Below are positions 50,939 through 62,396 of a stretch of 64,000 nt of DNA, in pieces (position 1 is the stretch's first letter; each line of letters opens with the position of its first letter). The position numbers and the translations under genes are program-made. Under the pieces are notes generated by a model. The model made no database searches. It was not told where the DNA came from and saw only the letters and a list, made by a program, of their open reading frames with translations. The stretch spans positions 22,012,001 to 22,076,000 of the forward strand of contig CM075988.1 in assembly GCA_038087875.1 (NCBI GenBank), read 5' to 3'. The DNA comes from Malacoraja senta. Lineage: Eukaryota.

Positions 50939-52279
50939 TGAGTGACACTGAATTACAGTGGAAGTGAAGTTCAATGTCCAAATAGGATGTCAAAACCATT
51001 CCCCCCTTAACTTTAGATGCCATTGAAAGACATGGGGACAGTAACGGGAAAGTAGTGACTCCCATTGTCTCCTCACTAATGTCTATTGCCACCAAACCAC
51101 ATCATTGAGAAAACTTCAACATTTCAAAGTTTCAGATCATGGAAATTGACAAGTGATCTCTTCTATCGACACGTGTACAATGATACTTTATTTATCAATG
51201 CAACATGGAGTCTTTGTAACAAAAATAATAATAAAAACTATAATAAATAGATATGAAAAAACCCCGTAATTTCTGAAAGTCCCATCAGAGGTGATTAACT
51301 TTTTTTCGTGAGTGTGAAACTCTCTAGCCCCTAACCCCCTTTTCCCCATTGACACAGCCATGTTTATAGCTTGATCTATACAACGCGAGGATTCTGAGGA
51401 ATGCAGCTGTTACGTTCTAGGAGAGCTACCTGTACACTTGCTTATGTCACCCAGTTCTCCTGAGTTTGCACATCCCTGAGATCCTGAAGTTGTGCTCCTG
51501 GGCGGGCAGGTCGAGAGGGAGGTCCTGGACAAAGCGTGGTCCAAGAAGTAGACCTCGACGATGGTGGAACGTGGGGAGGATGGAGGATGGATGGATGGAT
51601 GCACCACAACGGCCGAGAAGACGGGAGAAGGCTGCGGCAGCAGGGAGAGACTCCAAACTGTGGTGGAGTCCATGCCGGCCGACCCAGGTCTGCCCAGGTC
51701 AAGGACCATGTGGTGGCCGCCCGTGCACCAAAGATGTCGCAGACGGAAGTCCACCTGGACCGACACATCCTGGCTTTTTTGACCAAGAGGACAATCATAC
51801 CCGACTTTGAGTAATCGTCGATGTTGATGTCGCCCAAAGTTTTTATCTTGCAGAATAGCCACAGACCTATCGGCAGAGATTGAAAGGGGAAGGAGGTTGG
51901 CCAGGAGAAGGGATTGTTAAGGAGACATTTTTAGAGGGAAGTAGTCCAAATGCAGGCAAACGGGATTGGCAAGAATATGTTCAGTTCAGTTCAGTTTTAT
52001 TTGTCATATGTACGTTGACACAGGGTCAACGGTACAATGAAATGTGTTTGACAAGACAACGGGTCACCTCAGCAATGATATTACAAGGATAAAATTAAGG
52101 TTAAAAAAAAATAAAAAAATAAAAAAAAATGATGGACCAAAGGGCCTGTTTGCTTGATGCACAGGCTCTATGACACTCGCTAAGACAGTTTTGATTAAAT
52201 TACATCAACATAAAATTTTAAGTGGTCTTTCATTTGTTGCAACCAATAAAAAATAATGCGATCAAGCATGTGATCTTAC

Positions 52280-52328
52280 CGCATAGGGAGCAAAGTGCTG
52301 CAATGAAGGCTCCAGTAATTAATTTCAT
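52280..52328 (-). CDS. Ly6/uPAR (three-finger) gene, signal-peptide exon (MKLITGAFIAALCSLC+G)
   Basis: ATG at 52328, hydrophobic signal-like peptide, 49 nt, phase-1 donor GTAAGA. Phase is compatible with the next exon. Confidence 0.85.
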
Positions 52329-53052
52329 TTTGATCTTATCTTTAGCTGCTGAATGTCAACGATTCTACCTTCTGTCCGCTTCCTGGTGAGAAACATAAAC
52401 GTGTACCACTATTTTAAACTTAAAACATCCTGTAACAATTGTATCTACAGTAAATCAGATCCACCCTCCGCGGACTCTCGAATCGGCCTCGAGCCACTGG
52501 CCTCGAGGAACCGAGCTGCCGAGAGCGAGGAGGGACCAAGAGTGGGGTGAGAACAATGGGGGTACCCGGCGTGGGGGGGGGGGGGTGGGCAGAGAATAAA
52601 GGGACCCGGCGTGAGGGACGCCAACGTGAGGGGCCACCAAGAACAAAGGGGAGGCTCGGCGGGCCCAGACTTTGCCAAAGAGCAAAACTTCACAAAGGTC
52701 TTTCAGGTGAGGACCTCAGTCCATATTCCAGATTCATTCAAGACCCAGTGCCCTCTTGAACTAACTCTGAGGGACATTGAGATGCGGCAAGCTGCTCTGT
52801 GAAACCACAATAGGCCTGATGGAACTGACTTTAGCCAGCTGCCTGTTGCCACCGCAACCCCAACCCACTCCATCCAACCTATGGCCCATCCATTCTCGTA
52901 GGAACCAAGAAATGAAGGACTAGTCAAAACTGCGGTTGTTGTTTTAGATTCATAGCATGTGAAGTTTCTCTTTGATCATCACTTCTTTGCCATCATACAA
53001 GAGCAGTAAGAAGCTGAGATGCAGAGTCCTGCTGACAAGCTGTTATTGTATA

Positions 53053-53484
53053 ATAGAAACATAGAAACATAGAAAATAGGTGCAGGAGTAGGCCATTCGG
53101 CCCTTCGAGCCTGCACTGCCATTCGATATGTTCATGGCTGATCATCCAACTCAGTATCCCATCCCTGCCTTCTCTCCATACCCCCTGATCCCTTTAGCCA
53201 CAAGGGCCACATCTAACTCCCTCTTAAATATAGCCAATGAACTGGCCTCAACTACCTTCTGTGGCAGAGAATTCCACAGATTCACCACTCTCTGTGTAAA
53301 AAATGATTTTCTCATCTCAGTCCTAAAAGACTTCCCTCTTATCCTTAAACTGTGACCCCTAGTTCTGGACTTCCCCAACATCGGGAATAATCTTCCTGCA
53401 TCTAGCCTGTCCAACCCCTTAAGAATTTTGTACGTTTCTATAAGATCCCCCCCTCAATCTTCTAAATTCTAGCGTATACAAGCC
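53053..53484 (-). mobile_element. CR1 LINE 3' fragment
   Basis: Same subfamily as the copies at 10612 and 49272. Confidence 0.9.
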
Positions 53485-54669
53485 GATAAATGCCTGGTGT
53501 GAATGAATTGGGTATCTGCCTCATTGGAAAGTGCCTGAGTTCAGTCTTGTCTAGTGCCTGGATCTGCAACTCTTCCACCCACAAAAGTTCATGATCACAT
53601 CGCCGCCACGACCAACAGCACTTGACCATTGAGAGCTCGTAGTCTCGGGTAGAGACCGTAGATGTCGGGAGCTCCAACGACGCAGAAGGTTCGACCAGCC
53701 CCGACCCGGGGTCCGATCGCCCGGCGCGGGGAGCTGACATCACCCCGATGCAGGAGCTTGATCGCCCCGACGCAGAGGACCCAAACGCCGCCGGCTACGG
53801 GAGTCAAGATCGTCCCGTCAACGGAAGGCTTGAGGCCCTCGACCGCGGGAGAACAAAGAAGGGTCTTTTTTTCGCCTTCCATCACAGTGAGGAATGTGGA
53901 GGAGTCACTGTGGTGGATGTTTATGTTAAAATGTATTTTGTGTGTTCCGTTGCTTTTTATTTGTATGACTGACTTGGCAAATCAAATTCCACATATGTTG
54001 CAAAAATACTTGGCTAAGTATTATTGTATTGTAAAATGTTTTACACTGAAATACAATGTTAAAATTAATGAGTTCATGAGCAGCAGTAAAACAAGAGATC
54101 TCTAATTTCACTTTTTAATTGTCAATTATATATTAATATATTTTTTTATTCAATATTAACATGTAAATTTTAATATATTATGTATCACAAAATAGAATGA
54201 TTCAAATTTTTGATTAACTTCCTCATTGTTTTTGGGGAAAAAAACTTTTATTGAGAAAGTTTTGAGATAGTTTTTAAATTTGTTTTCTGGGCAATTAAAG
54301 TTTTTTTTCCCCTTCTGCTTACACTTCCTAAAGGATTACTTTCACCAAGGTCCCATTCGTACGTACCTTGTAATGAGGGTCGCCTCGATGTGTCTAGAAC
54401 AGAGGCAGTAAAATGAACAAGACTTTGGGAGAAATGATGTGTCCAGTGATCTTAAGCGACTCTTGGTCATTTACAATTCAGAATCGTACAAGCTGGATAC
54501 ATGCATGGCATAAGCACGTCAGTTATCAGTTTAAAATTAAATACTGCTGTAATATTGCATCACAATCACTGGACACCACGACTGTGATCAAGCTATAGAT
54601 AGGGAAGCATTATGATGTCACAGAAGGTAGACACAAAGTGCTGGAGCAACTCAGCAGGCCAGGCAGTAT

Positions 54670-54703
54670 CAAAGATACTAGAGGAGTTCCTCTAGTATCT
54701 TTG
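54670..54703. mobile_element. 34-bp hAT-like micro-element
   Basis: CAAAGATACTAGAGG-AGTT-CCTCTAGTATCTTTG. TSD ggcagtat/ggcagctt, where the host repeat consensus is ggcagcat. Confidence 0.75.
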
Positions 54704-57700
54704 GGCAGCTTCTCTGGAGAGAAGGAACGGCTGACATTTCAGGTTGGAACCCTTCTTCAGACTGAAAGTAGAGAGGTGGGAACTGGAGGTAGTAAAAATG
54801 GCATCATATATGTATATATCACATTCTGTGTCTATCCATTGATATTGGTATCAGTTTAATAGTCATGTTTACAGACGGTGAAAGCTTCATTTGCGAGCGA
54901 TCCAACTGTACAGTCGGGGTCAAGGAAAGAGCGTTCACGTCGCGGCCCTGTTTCCACCAATCATTCCACCACCACGCACAAGAAGCGACAAGACAGACAC
55001 CATTGTATGCAGATGCCGAGAAGTGTGTTCGGCTCTGGCTGAACAACTTCTAATCTTGTGTGTGGACTTGATAAGAACTGTACAGTCAAGTCATACACAA
55101 GTGCAAAGAGAAAAATACAAGCATGCAGAATACGTTATTACAGTGTTATAGAGGGAACGGTCCAAGGTCTGCAATTCTCTGCAATTTCTTGCGGTCTTGG
55201 ATGGAGCTGTTCCCAAACTATGCTGTGATGCGTCCTGAAAAAACTATTGCCACGGCGCATTTGTAGAAATTGGTTAGAGTTGTTAGGAACATGCCGAACT
55301 TCCTAGCCTTCTAAGGACGTTGAGGCGTTGGTGTGATTTCTTGGCCATTCCCTTCAATATGGGTGGACCAGAACAGTACAGGAACGGAAATTTGGCCAAC
55401 AATGTTTGTGCCGAACATAATGCCATGTTAAACTGAATCTCATGATCCATATCCCTCCATTTCTCTGTGCCTATCTCAAAGCCTCTTAAACACCACTACC
55501 CACGTTAGCAAGGATAAAGAGCATGTTGCAGGAGAATTTGCTCCAATTGTACAAGGTCTTGCTGAGAGCACACCTGGAATAGTAAATACAGGTGTGGTCT
55601 ACCTCTCTAAGGATGGATACACTTGCGATGGGGTTAGTGCAGTGAAGCTTCGCCAGATTCATTTATTGTAGGAGAAAAGAATAGGCAGACTTTCGTGATT
55701 TTCTGAAAATAAGATGTGACCATGTTCACCCATACAAAGTTGTAAAGGGGCATTCTAAGTGTGGATGTAGATTTGATGTTTTCCTTAGTTGGGCTGTCTG
55801 GAAGCAGAAGTCTCTGTCAGAATAAAGAGTGAGATAACAAGACATGGTGTCCAATCAGTTCACATTGGTGAAACCTTGTATTCTCTACACCAGGCAGCTG
55901 TGTAACCAGTCATTTTCATTCACAGAAAGAGACATCAATAGATTTCTGAACAGTAAAGGAATCAAGGGATACAGTGATCGTGCTGAGGTCAAAATCTGTC
56001 ATAATAATAATAATAATAATGAATTTTATTTGCGGGCGCCTTATACCGAGGTCTCAAGGACACCTTACAGAGATTTATAGGAAACATATAATCAGAATTT
56101 AAAAAAATAAGTTATAAAGACCAATACACAAATCAGGGACAGAATTCCTTCCAAAAACACAAAAAAAGAAAATCAGAAGCACAATTTGAGGAGAGAGCAG
56201 CGGCAACGAAACCGCACCAGCGTCCACTCTCCCCTCCGACCGCCATCTTGAACACAGACTAACAAATACAATTACAAACAATTACATACAAAAATCATCC
56301 CCCCACAATGATTTCCACTGTGGGGGAAGGCACAATGTCCAGTCCCCAGCCCCAGTTCACCCAAAAAGGTCAGGCCAAATGAAGCCCCCGCTATTGCCTC
56401 TACGGAGGCCCGATGATCCTGGCCGTTCTCGCCGGGTGATGTAGCCCCGGTGTCGGGAGAGTCCTCTAGCGGTTGGGCCACCTGGAACGGCCGCATTCCT
56501 CACCGGAGGCCGCAACTACGGCTGGAACGGCCGATTTCCCGCAAGCGTCCGCAGCACCTGAAGCCGACAAGGCCGCGCGTCATGATCTGAGCTGGCTCCG
56601 CAGTCTGAATGGCCTACTCCAGCTCCTCTCTGGTCAGGTGAGGTCAAGTTGAATTGAGTTTATTGCCAATATGCACAAGTGCAGTAATGTACAGGCAGCA
56701 TCACCAGCAAATACATTCAGGTAACACACAAAAAGATAAATTATTGTTAAATTACACATAAATTCTGCAAAATAATGAAAAGACAAAAAGAAACAAGACA
56801 TTAGTGTGAAAAAAACCTCAAGTGCATGCATGGTCACGACAGTCTCAACATAATGTTGTGAACCTTTGGATTTCTGTACTGAACAATGTAGGTGTAATCT
56901 CACAAAAGAAGCTTGTATCTTCTCCCTGTCATCGCATGGGTATTTCACAGCTGCTCCAATTTAATCCCACATCCAACAAATATGCTGGCAGTTTAATTAG
57001 GTTAATTAGTGCCTAATTAATAGCAATTTATAGTAGCTAATTAACCTAACCCTATAGTGGAGGCAGCTCAGTATTCCACAGACAGAGAACACTCAGGTGT
57101 GAGAGGGAGGATGCAGAAGAGGCAGGTGCATCATTATTTTAATGAAGGAGTCCGTTTGGTGAGGTTTTATTTGAGAGATACAGCGCGGAAACAGGCCCCA
57201 GGGTCATCCGAGTCCGCGCCGATCAACAATCACCTGTACACTAGTTCTATCCGACACACTTGAGACAATTTACAGAGGCTGATTAACCTACACGTCTTTG
57301 GAATGTGGGTGGAAACCAGAGCTCGCACAGGTAGAACGTGCAAACTCTCAATGCTCAGAGCTGATTTTTACCCTCTGTAAGATAAGGTCAGTTCACACCA
57401 GCAGGTTTGGTGGCAATGTGGAGTTGGTCCTTGGTGAGTGGATAGACGGATTGAAAGATACAGCGTGGAAACAAGCTGTAGGCCCAACGAGCTGACCACC
57501 GATCACCCGTTCATACTCGTTCTATGTTATCCTACTTTCGCATCGGCTACTTACACACCAAGAGCAAATTACAGAAGGCAATTAACCTACAAATCTGCAC
57601 GTCTTTGGAATGTGGGGAGGAAACCGGAGCACCCGGAGGAAACCCACGCAGTTGCAGTGAGATTGTACAAACTGCACACGGACAGCACCCAATGTCAGGA

Positions 57701-60450
57701 TCAAACCCATGTCTTTGATACTTTGTGTAATTGGAACAAATTTTCCTGCAATAAAGCCCGGCATAACATTTATGATTGCTGCGTTAGTGCACAAGGAATG
57801 GTAACATTTGAACCAATGTCATGCTGGTGACATATCAAGCATAGATCGAGGGAGGGAACATGACTGGAGGGATGTCCATTGGGTTGGGAAGTGTGATGGC
57901 AGGGCAATAGATCCACTGTCCACAGTGACGGCTCCTGGCAACTAAATGGACAAGAAGGTGAAGGTGGTGGAACAAGAGCACTGTGTTGACCTCGGAATTT
58001 CTTCAGATGTGAACATTGCAATATTAGCACGAGGCCTCTGCCAAGAGCTGAAGGTTCATACCATTAGAAAGGAGATGAGGAAGAATTTCTTTAGGCGGAG
58101 GGTGGTGAATCTGTAGAATTTATTGCCACAGACGGCTGTGGAGACCGAGATCTTTTTAAGGCAGAGATTGACAGATTCTTGATTAGTACAGGTGTGAAGA
58201 GTTATGGGGAGAAGGCAGGAGAATGGGATTGAGAGGGAAAGATAGATCAGCCATGATTGAAATGGCAAAGTAGACTTGATGGGCCGAATGGCCTAATTTC
58301 CTCCTAGAACTTATGAACTGATTGTTTGCAATGAGAGAATTTCAAATATAGTGAAAACACATCATGATCTTAAATCATGAAGAAGGGTCTCGGCCCGAAA
58401 TGTCACCTATTCCTTCTCTCCAGAGATGCTGCCTGTCCCGCTGAGTTACTCCAGCATTTTGTGTCCACCTCATGATCTTAAATGTCAACTCTCTGAATAG
58501 ATGCTGCCTGACTTGAATACTTTTAGCTGCTCTATTTTCATTTCAAATTTCTATCATCTGCAGTATATATATTTTGATTATTGTTAACTTTCTGTAATTT
58601 GGCTCAGTTTCTTCTACATACCAGTCAGCATTTGCGTGTCAGCATTTTGATTTTTTGTTTTTCCTTTCAAAGTGAGTAACTTGACATTTCACTCCATCTG
58701 CCTACCTCTTTCCAGCCCACTTAACCCACCCACATTCCTTGCAGCCTGTTCTGACTTTTCCCTTCAATTGCCAAGTCTAGTACCATCAGCAAATTTCAAT
58801 ACCTTTCATTCAGTCCCATTAGCTTAAAATCGGATAAAGATTGCAATTAAGTGGATTTTACAACCTAGAGGATGACCTTTTAAACCATCTCATAAGCAAA
58901 GAGAACTAAACGCAGAAAATTACCACCATTATGTGTTGATTGTTTCTGATTAACGTCCTTTCAGTACATTAGAACGGAGACGAGGAAACACTTTTTTTAC
59001 AACGGAGACGAGGAAACACTTTTTCTCACAGAGAGTTGTGAGTCTGTGGAATTCTCTGCCTCAGAGGGCGGTGGAGGCCGGTTCTCTGGATACTTTCAAG
59101 AGAGAGCCAGATAGGGCTCTTAAAGATAGCGGAGTCAGGGGATATGGGGAGAAGGCAGGAACTGGGTACTGATTGGGGATGATCAGCCATAATCACATTG
59201 AATGCCGATGCTGGCTCGAAGGGCCGAATGGCCTACTCCTGCACCTATTGTCTATTGTCTATTGGTACGTTTTACGATGCAGTGAATGATAGGAGAAAGA
59301 CAGTGGGATGGTTTGCATTTGGGCAGAAATCAGACAAGCTCAATTAACAATAAGAACATCAGTGTAAGACAGGAATGGTATAAAGAACAACCAAGTGGAC
59401 CAGCAGAATTACTGGGAATCATGATCTAAAATCTGAAATAACGTGCACCACACTATTGCTATTGAGAATGTCACTGAATTTGATGCCTAATGTGGGAATG
59501 AAAGTTCAGTTTACACTTACAGTTAGTCATACAGCGTGGAAACAAGCCCTTCGGCCCAACTTGCCCACAGACCAACATGCCCCATCTACACTAGACCAAC
59601 CTGCCCATGCATAACTCATTACCCTTTAAATCTATCCTATCCACATACTTGTCTAAATGTCTCTTAAATGTTGTGATAGTACCTGCCCCAACTACGTCCT
59701 CTGGCAACTCGTTCCATATACCCACCGACCTTTGTATGAATAAAAGTTACCCCTTAGGTTCCTATTAAATCTTTCCCCCCTCACCATAAACCTATGTCCT
59801 CTGGTCCTTGATTCCCCAACTCTGGGCAAAAGACTCTGCATTTACCTGACCTATTCCGCTCATGATGTTGTACACTTGTATGCCAATGGTCAGGCTCTTA
59901 ATTTCCATTTCTATTACCAGTACATTTTATGGAACCAGATTCCGTTTACTGCTGGGAAATATTAAAATAGACGCAGAGAAATCACGAGAAGCTTAATGTT
60001 TGCAAGATGAGTGAATTAGATATTTATGATTTTGTTTACAAATAGCATGAAATGGTTTGTGCGCCAGGGTTATACAACACAAGTGGTTTTGATATAATGA
60101 GAATATAACAGATATTAGCCAATTCCAAAATTATCCTCCTGGCACATTGCTTGCAAGTGAGATAGCTCCACCTTCATTACATCTACTTGATGAATACAAA
60201 CTTTCTTATTTAATAAATAAAAATCAATGGTGATATTTTCCACTCTTTCATTCAGCATTTAATTGTCCATAAATATTGTTGCTGTGGTTGTGTCGATTTT
60301 GCTTTCATGCTTCATTGTGTAATTTTACTTCGCTGATGTGGACATCAAGTCCCGAGTAAATGTTCATTTGAAACGCTGGTACCCTCCTTTTGGAAAGAAG
60401 ATAGTAATAAACGTTGTTGCTGTGCTGGTATCAACACTCTTAGTAGCTCT

Positions 60451-60576
60451 CTAGCTTCCAGCAGATGGGGTATTTTCATGCAAGTTTTGCAAGGCCAGGT
60501 CAGTCCATTTCATGTCTTGTTCATTAATCGATTCTGTTGTTCCCCCGTTATCTTGCTCGGGTTCCGGAAGTTCACT
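60451..60576 (-). CDS. ANAPC13: ANAPC13 last coding exon (SELPEPEQDNGGTTESINEQDMKWTDLALQNLHENTPSAGS*)
   Basis: Acceptor ttttccttccctag, then a translation matching the APC13 C-terminus (ELPEPEQDNGGTTES..KWTDLALQ.LHEN). TAG at 60453-60451. 33+41 = 74 aa, the usual APC13 length. Confidence 0.97.
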   Translation of the reverse strand, partial: SELPEPEQDNGGTTESINEQDMKWTDLALQNLHENTPSAGS

Positions 60577-60645
60577 CTAGGGAAGGAAAATAAACACGCA
60601 GGATATAGACAGGCACCTTTCTAAGATGCATATTAATGGGCAACT

Positions 60646-60785
60646 CTTCTTCTTCTTCTTGCGTATGGCGTGCACAGCCTAATGTTGTATACTTGTTCTA
60701 TTAGATCTTATTTGATTGTGCACGCCGGGTTGATTGCATTTGTCGAAACAGGGCGGACAACGTGAAGGTTGCAATCTCCCACCCC
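60646..60785 (-). mobile_element. Short non-autonomous ribozyme-headed retroposon (Vingi/Ingi-like), full length
   Basis: ~140 bp, 5' GGGGTGGGAG, 3' end CGCCATACGC(AAG)n. Same family at 46585 and 48274. Confidence 0.75.
60733..60785 (-). ncRNA. Minimal HDV-like ribozyme motif (ANAPC13 intron, sense)
   Basis: GGGGUGG-GAG-AUUGCA-ACC-UUCACGU-UGU-CCGCCCU-G-UUUCGA-CAAA-UGCAAU folds by hand into P1 (G1-U), P2, P3 (one mismatch), L3, a mini P4 with UUCG and J4/2 with C. Confidence 0.75.
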
Positions 60786-61162
60786 ATAGGCTCCTCCGTT
60801 TACAGGATCTCCAGAGGGAATTCACAAGTTCATATGTTATAGGAGCAGAATTAGGCTTTTCGGCCCATCATGTCTACTCCGCCATTCAATCATGGCTCTC
60901 AACCCCATTTTCCTGCCTTCTCCCCATAACCCTTGAAACAAGTACTTTTCAAGAATCTGCAAATCCTCCCCTTTAAAATACCCAATGACAGCCTACACAG
61001 CTTTCTGTGGCAATGAATTCCACAGATTCACCACCTTCTGATGAAAGAAATTCCCACTCATCTCCTTTCTAAAGGTATGTCCTTTTATTCTGAGGCAATT
61101 ACAGATGTTAGACTAACTTTAGGCTGTTCAAACGTGAGAGTTACTCTGAGTACAGTACATAC

Positions 61163-61261
61163 CAAAGGTATCTCCACATCCTCATACGGCAGCTTGTCTT
61201 CCCGCCACGCATCATCAATCAAGTCCAGAATTCTGCCGTCTCGTTGTACCTCACTGTCCAT
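61163..61261 (-). CDS. ANAPC13: Anaphase-promoting complex subunit 13, first coding exon (MDSEVQRDGRILDLIDDAWREDKLPYEDVEIPL)
   Basis: Manual translation matches the vertebrate APC13 N-terminus as I recall it. ATG at 61261, 99 nt, phase-0 donor GTATGT at 61162. An upstream acceptor (ctccag) near 61293 implies a non-coding exon 1. Confidence 0.97.
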
Positions 61262-61761
61262 TTAATCGGTTGTCAGACCACACTAATGAATCCTGGAGTT
61301 ACAGATGTGAATATGTCTTTAAGATAAAGAAATGAGCAAGTGCAGATGAAGCCTTTTCCACAAATTTTTTTAATACAGGATCCAGGAGTCCTCCAAGCTA
61401 ACAATGATCTATTCTACATGTTCCTGATCTCCACCCCCCTTGATGTCTCGTTTTCACACCCCTTCCTTATCTCTCTGTCGCCCTCTCCCGATACTCAGTC
61501 TGAAGAAGGGTCTCGATCCGAAACGTCACCCATACCTTTTATCCAAAGATGCTGCAGCATTTTGTGTCTACCTTAGGTGTAAACCAGCATCTGCAGTTCC
61601 TTCCTACACATTTTCCAATCCAGCATCCTTTTGTAACCATGGGTTCACACAAACCTGTTCTTCATTACACATATGTTACGTCAAATGTAAACCAAGAGGC
61701 TGTAGTTGCTTGAATCTAAAACTGGAAAAAAAAACACCTTGGACCCTCTTTGTCCCTTCCT

Positions 61762-62303
61762 GCTCCCACCCTCCCCTCTCCTTCCTGCCACCAACCCCTT
61801 TATTCATCCTCCCTTCCCCCTACCACCCAGTACAAGCTCCACCGTCCCTCCCACTTACTACCACCCCCACCCCCCCCCCCACTACCCATCCCCACACACA
61901 CACCTATATCTTCTCCTCCTCCTCCTCCTCCTCCTCCCTCTCCAACCCCTTCATTCATCCTCCCTCCCTCCCTCCCTCCCTCCCTCCTCCACCCACAAGC
62001 TCCACCATCCCTCCATCCCTCTCCTCTACCCCAACACCTTGATTAATCCTCCACCCACAAGCCCCTCCATAACTCATCCTCACCCTCCCTCCCTCCCTCC
62101 CTCCCTCCACAAACTCCTCAGAACCTCCATCTTCCCTACTTACCAACAACAGCCCATCTCTCTCCCCTCTCCCTCTCCAACCCCTTCATTCATCATCCCT
62201 CCCTCCACCGTCCCTGCCACTTACCAACAAGAACCACCCCCTCTCTTCTCTCTCTCTCTCTCTCTCTCTTTCTTTCTCCTTCTCTCCTTCCCTCTCTCCC
62301 TCT
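61762..62303. repeat. C/T-rich low-complexity tract
   Basis: CCT, CCTC and CT runs with almost no G. Confidence 0.85.
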
Positions 62304-62396
62304 GTGTGCACCGACAGGAAGGTCCGCTGTCCTCTATAAACGATCCGACGGCTCCCACCGGCCCGGCTAAAGGTACCGGATTACAGGCAGAGGAAG
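62304..62396. promoter_or_regulatory. CpG-rich island, candidate ANAPC13 exon 1 / bidirectional promoter
   Basis: Short unique CpG-rich segment ~1 kb upstream of the ANAPC13 ATG, between a C/T-rich and a G/A-rich tract. Donor-like sites on both strands (minus GTGCAC at 62311, plus AAG|GTACCG at 62373). Confidence 0.5.
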
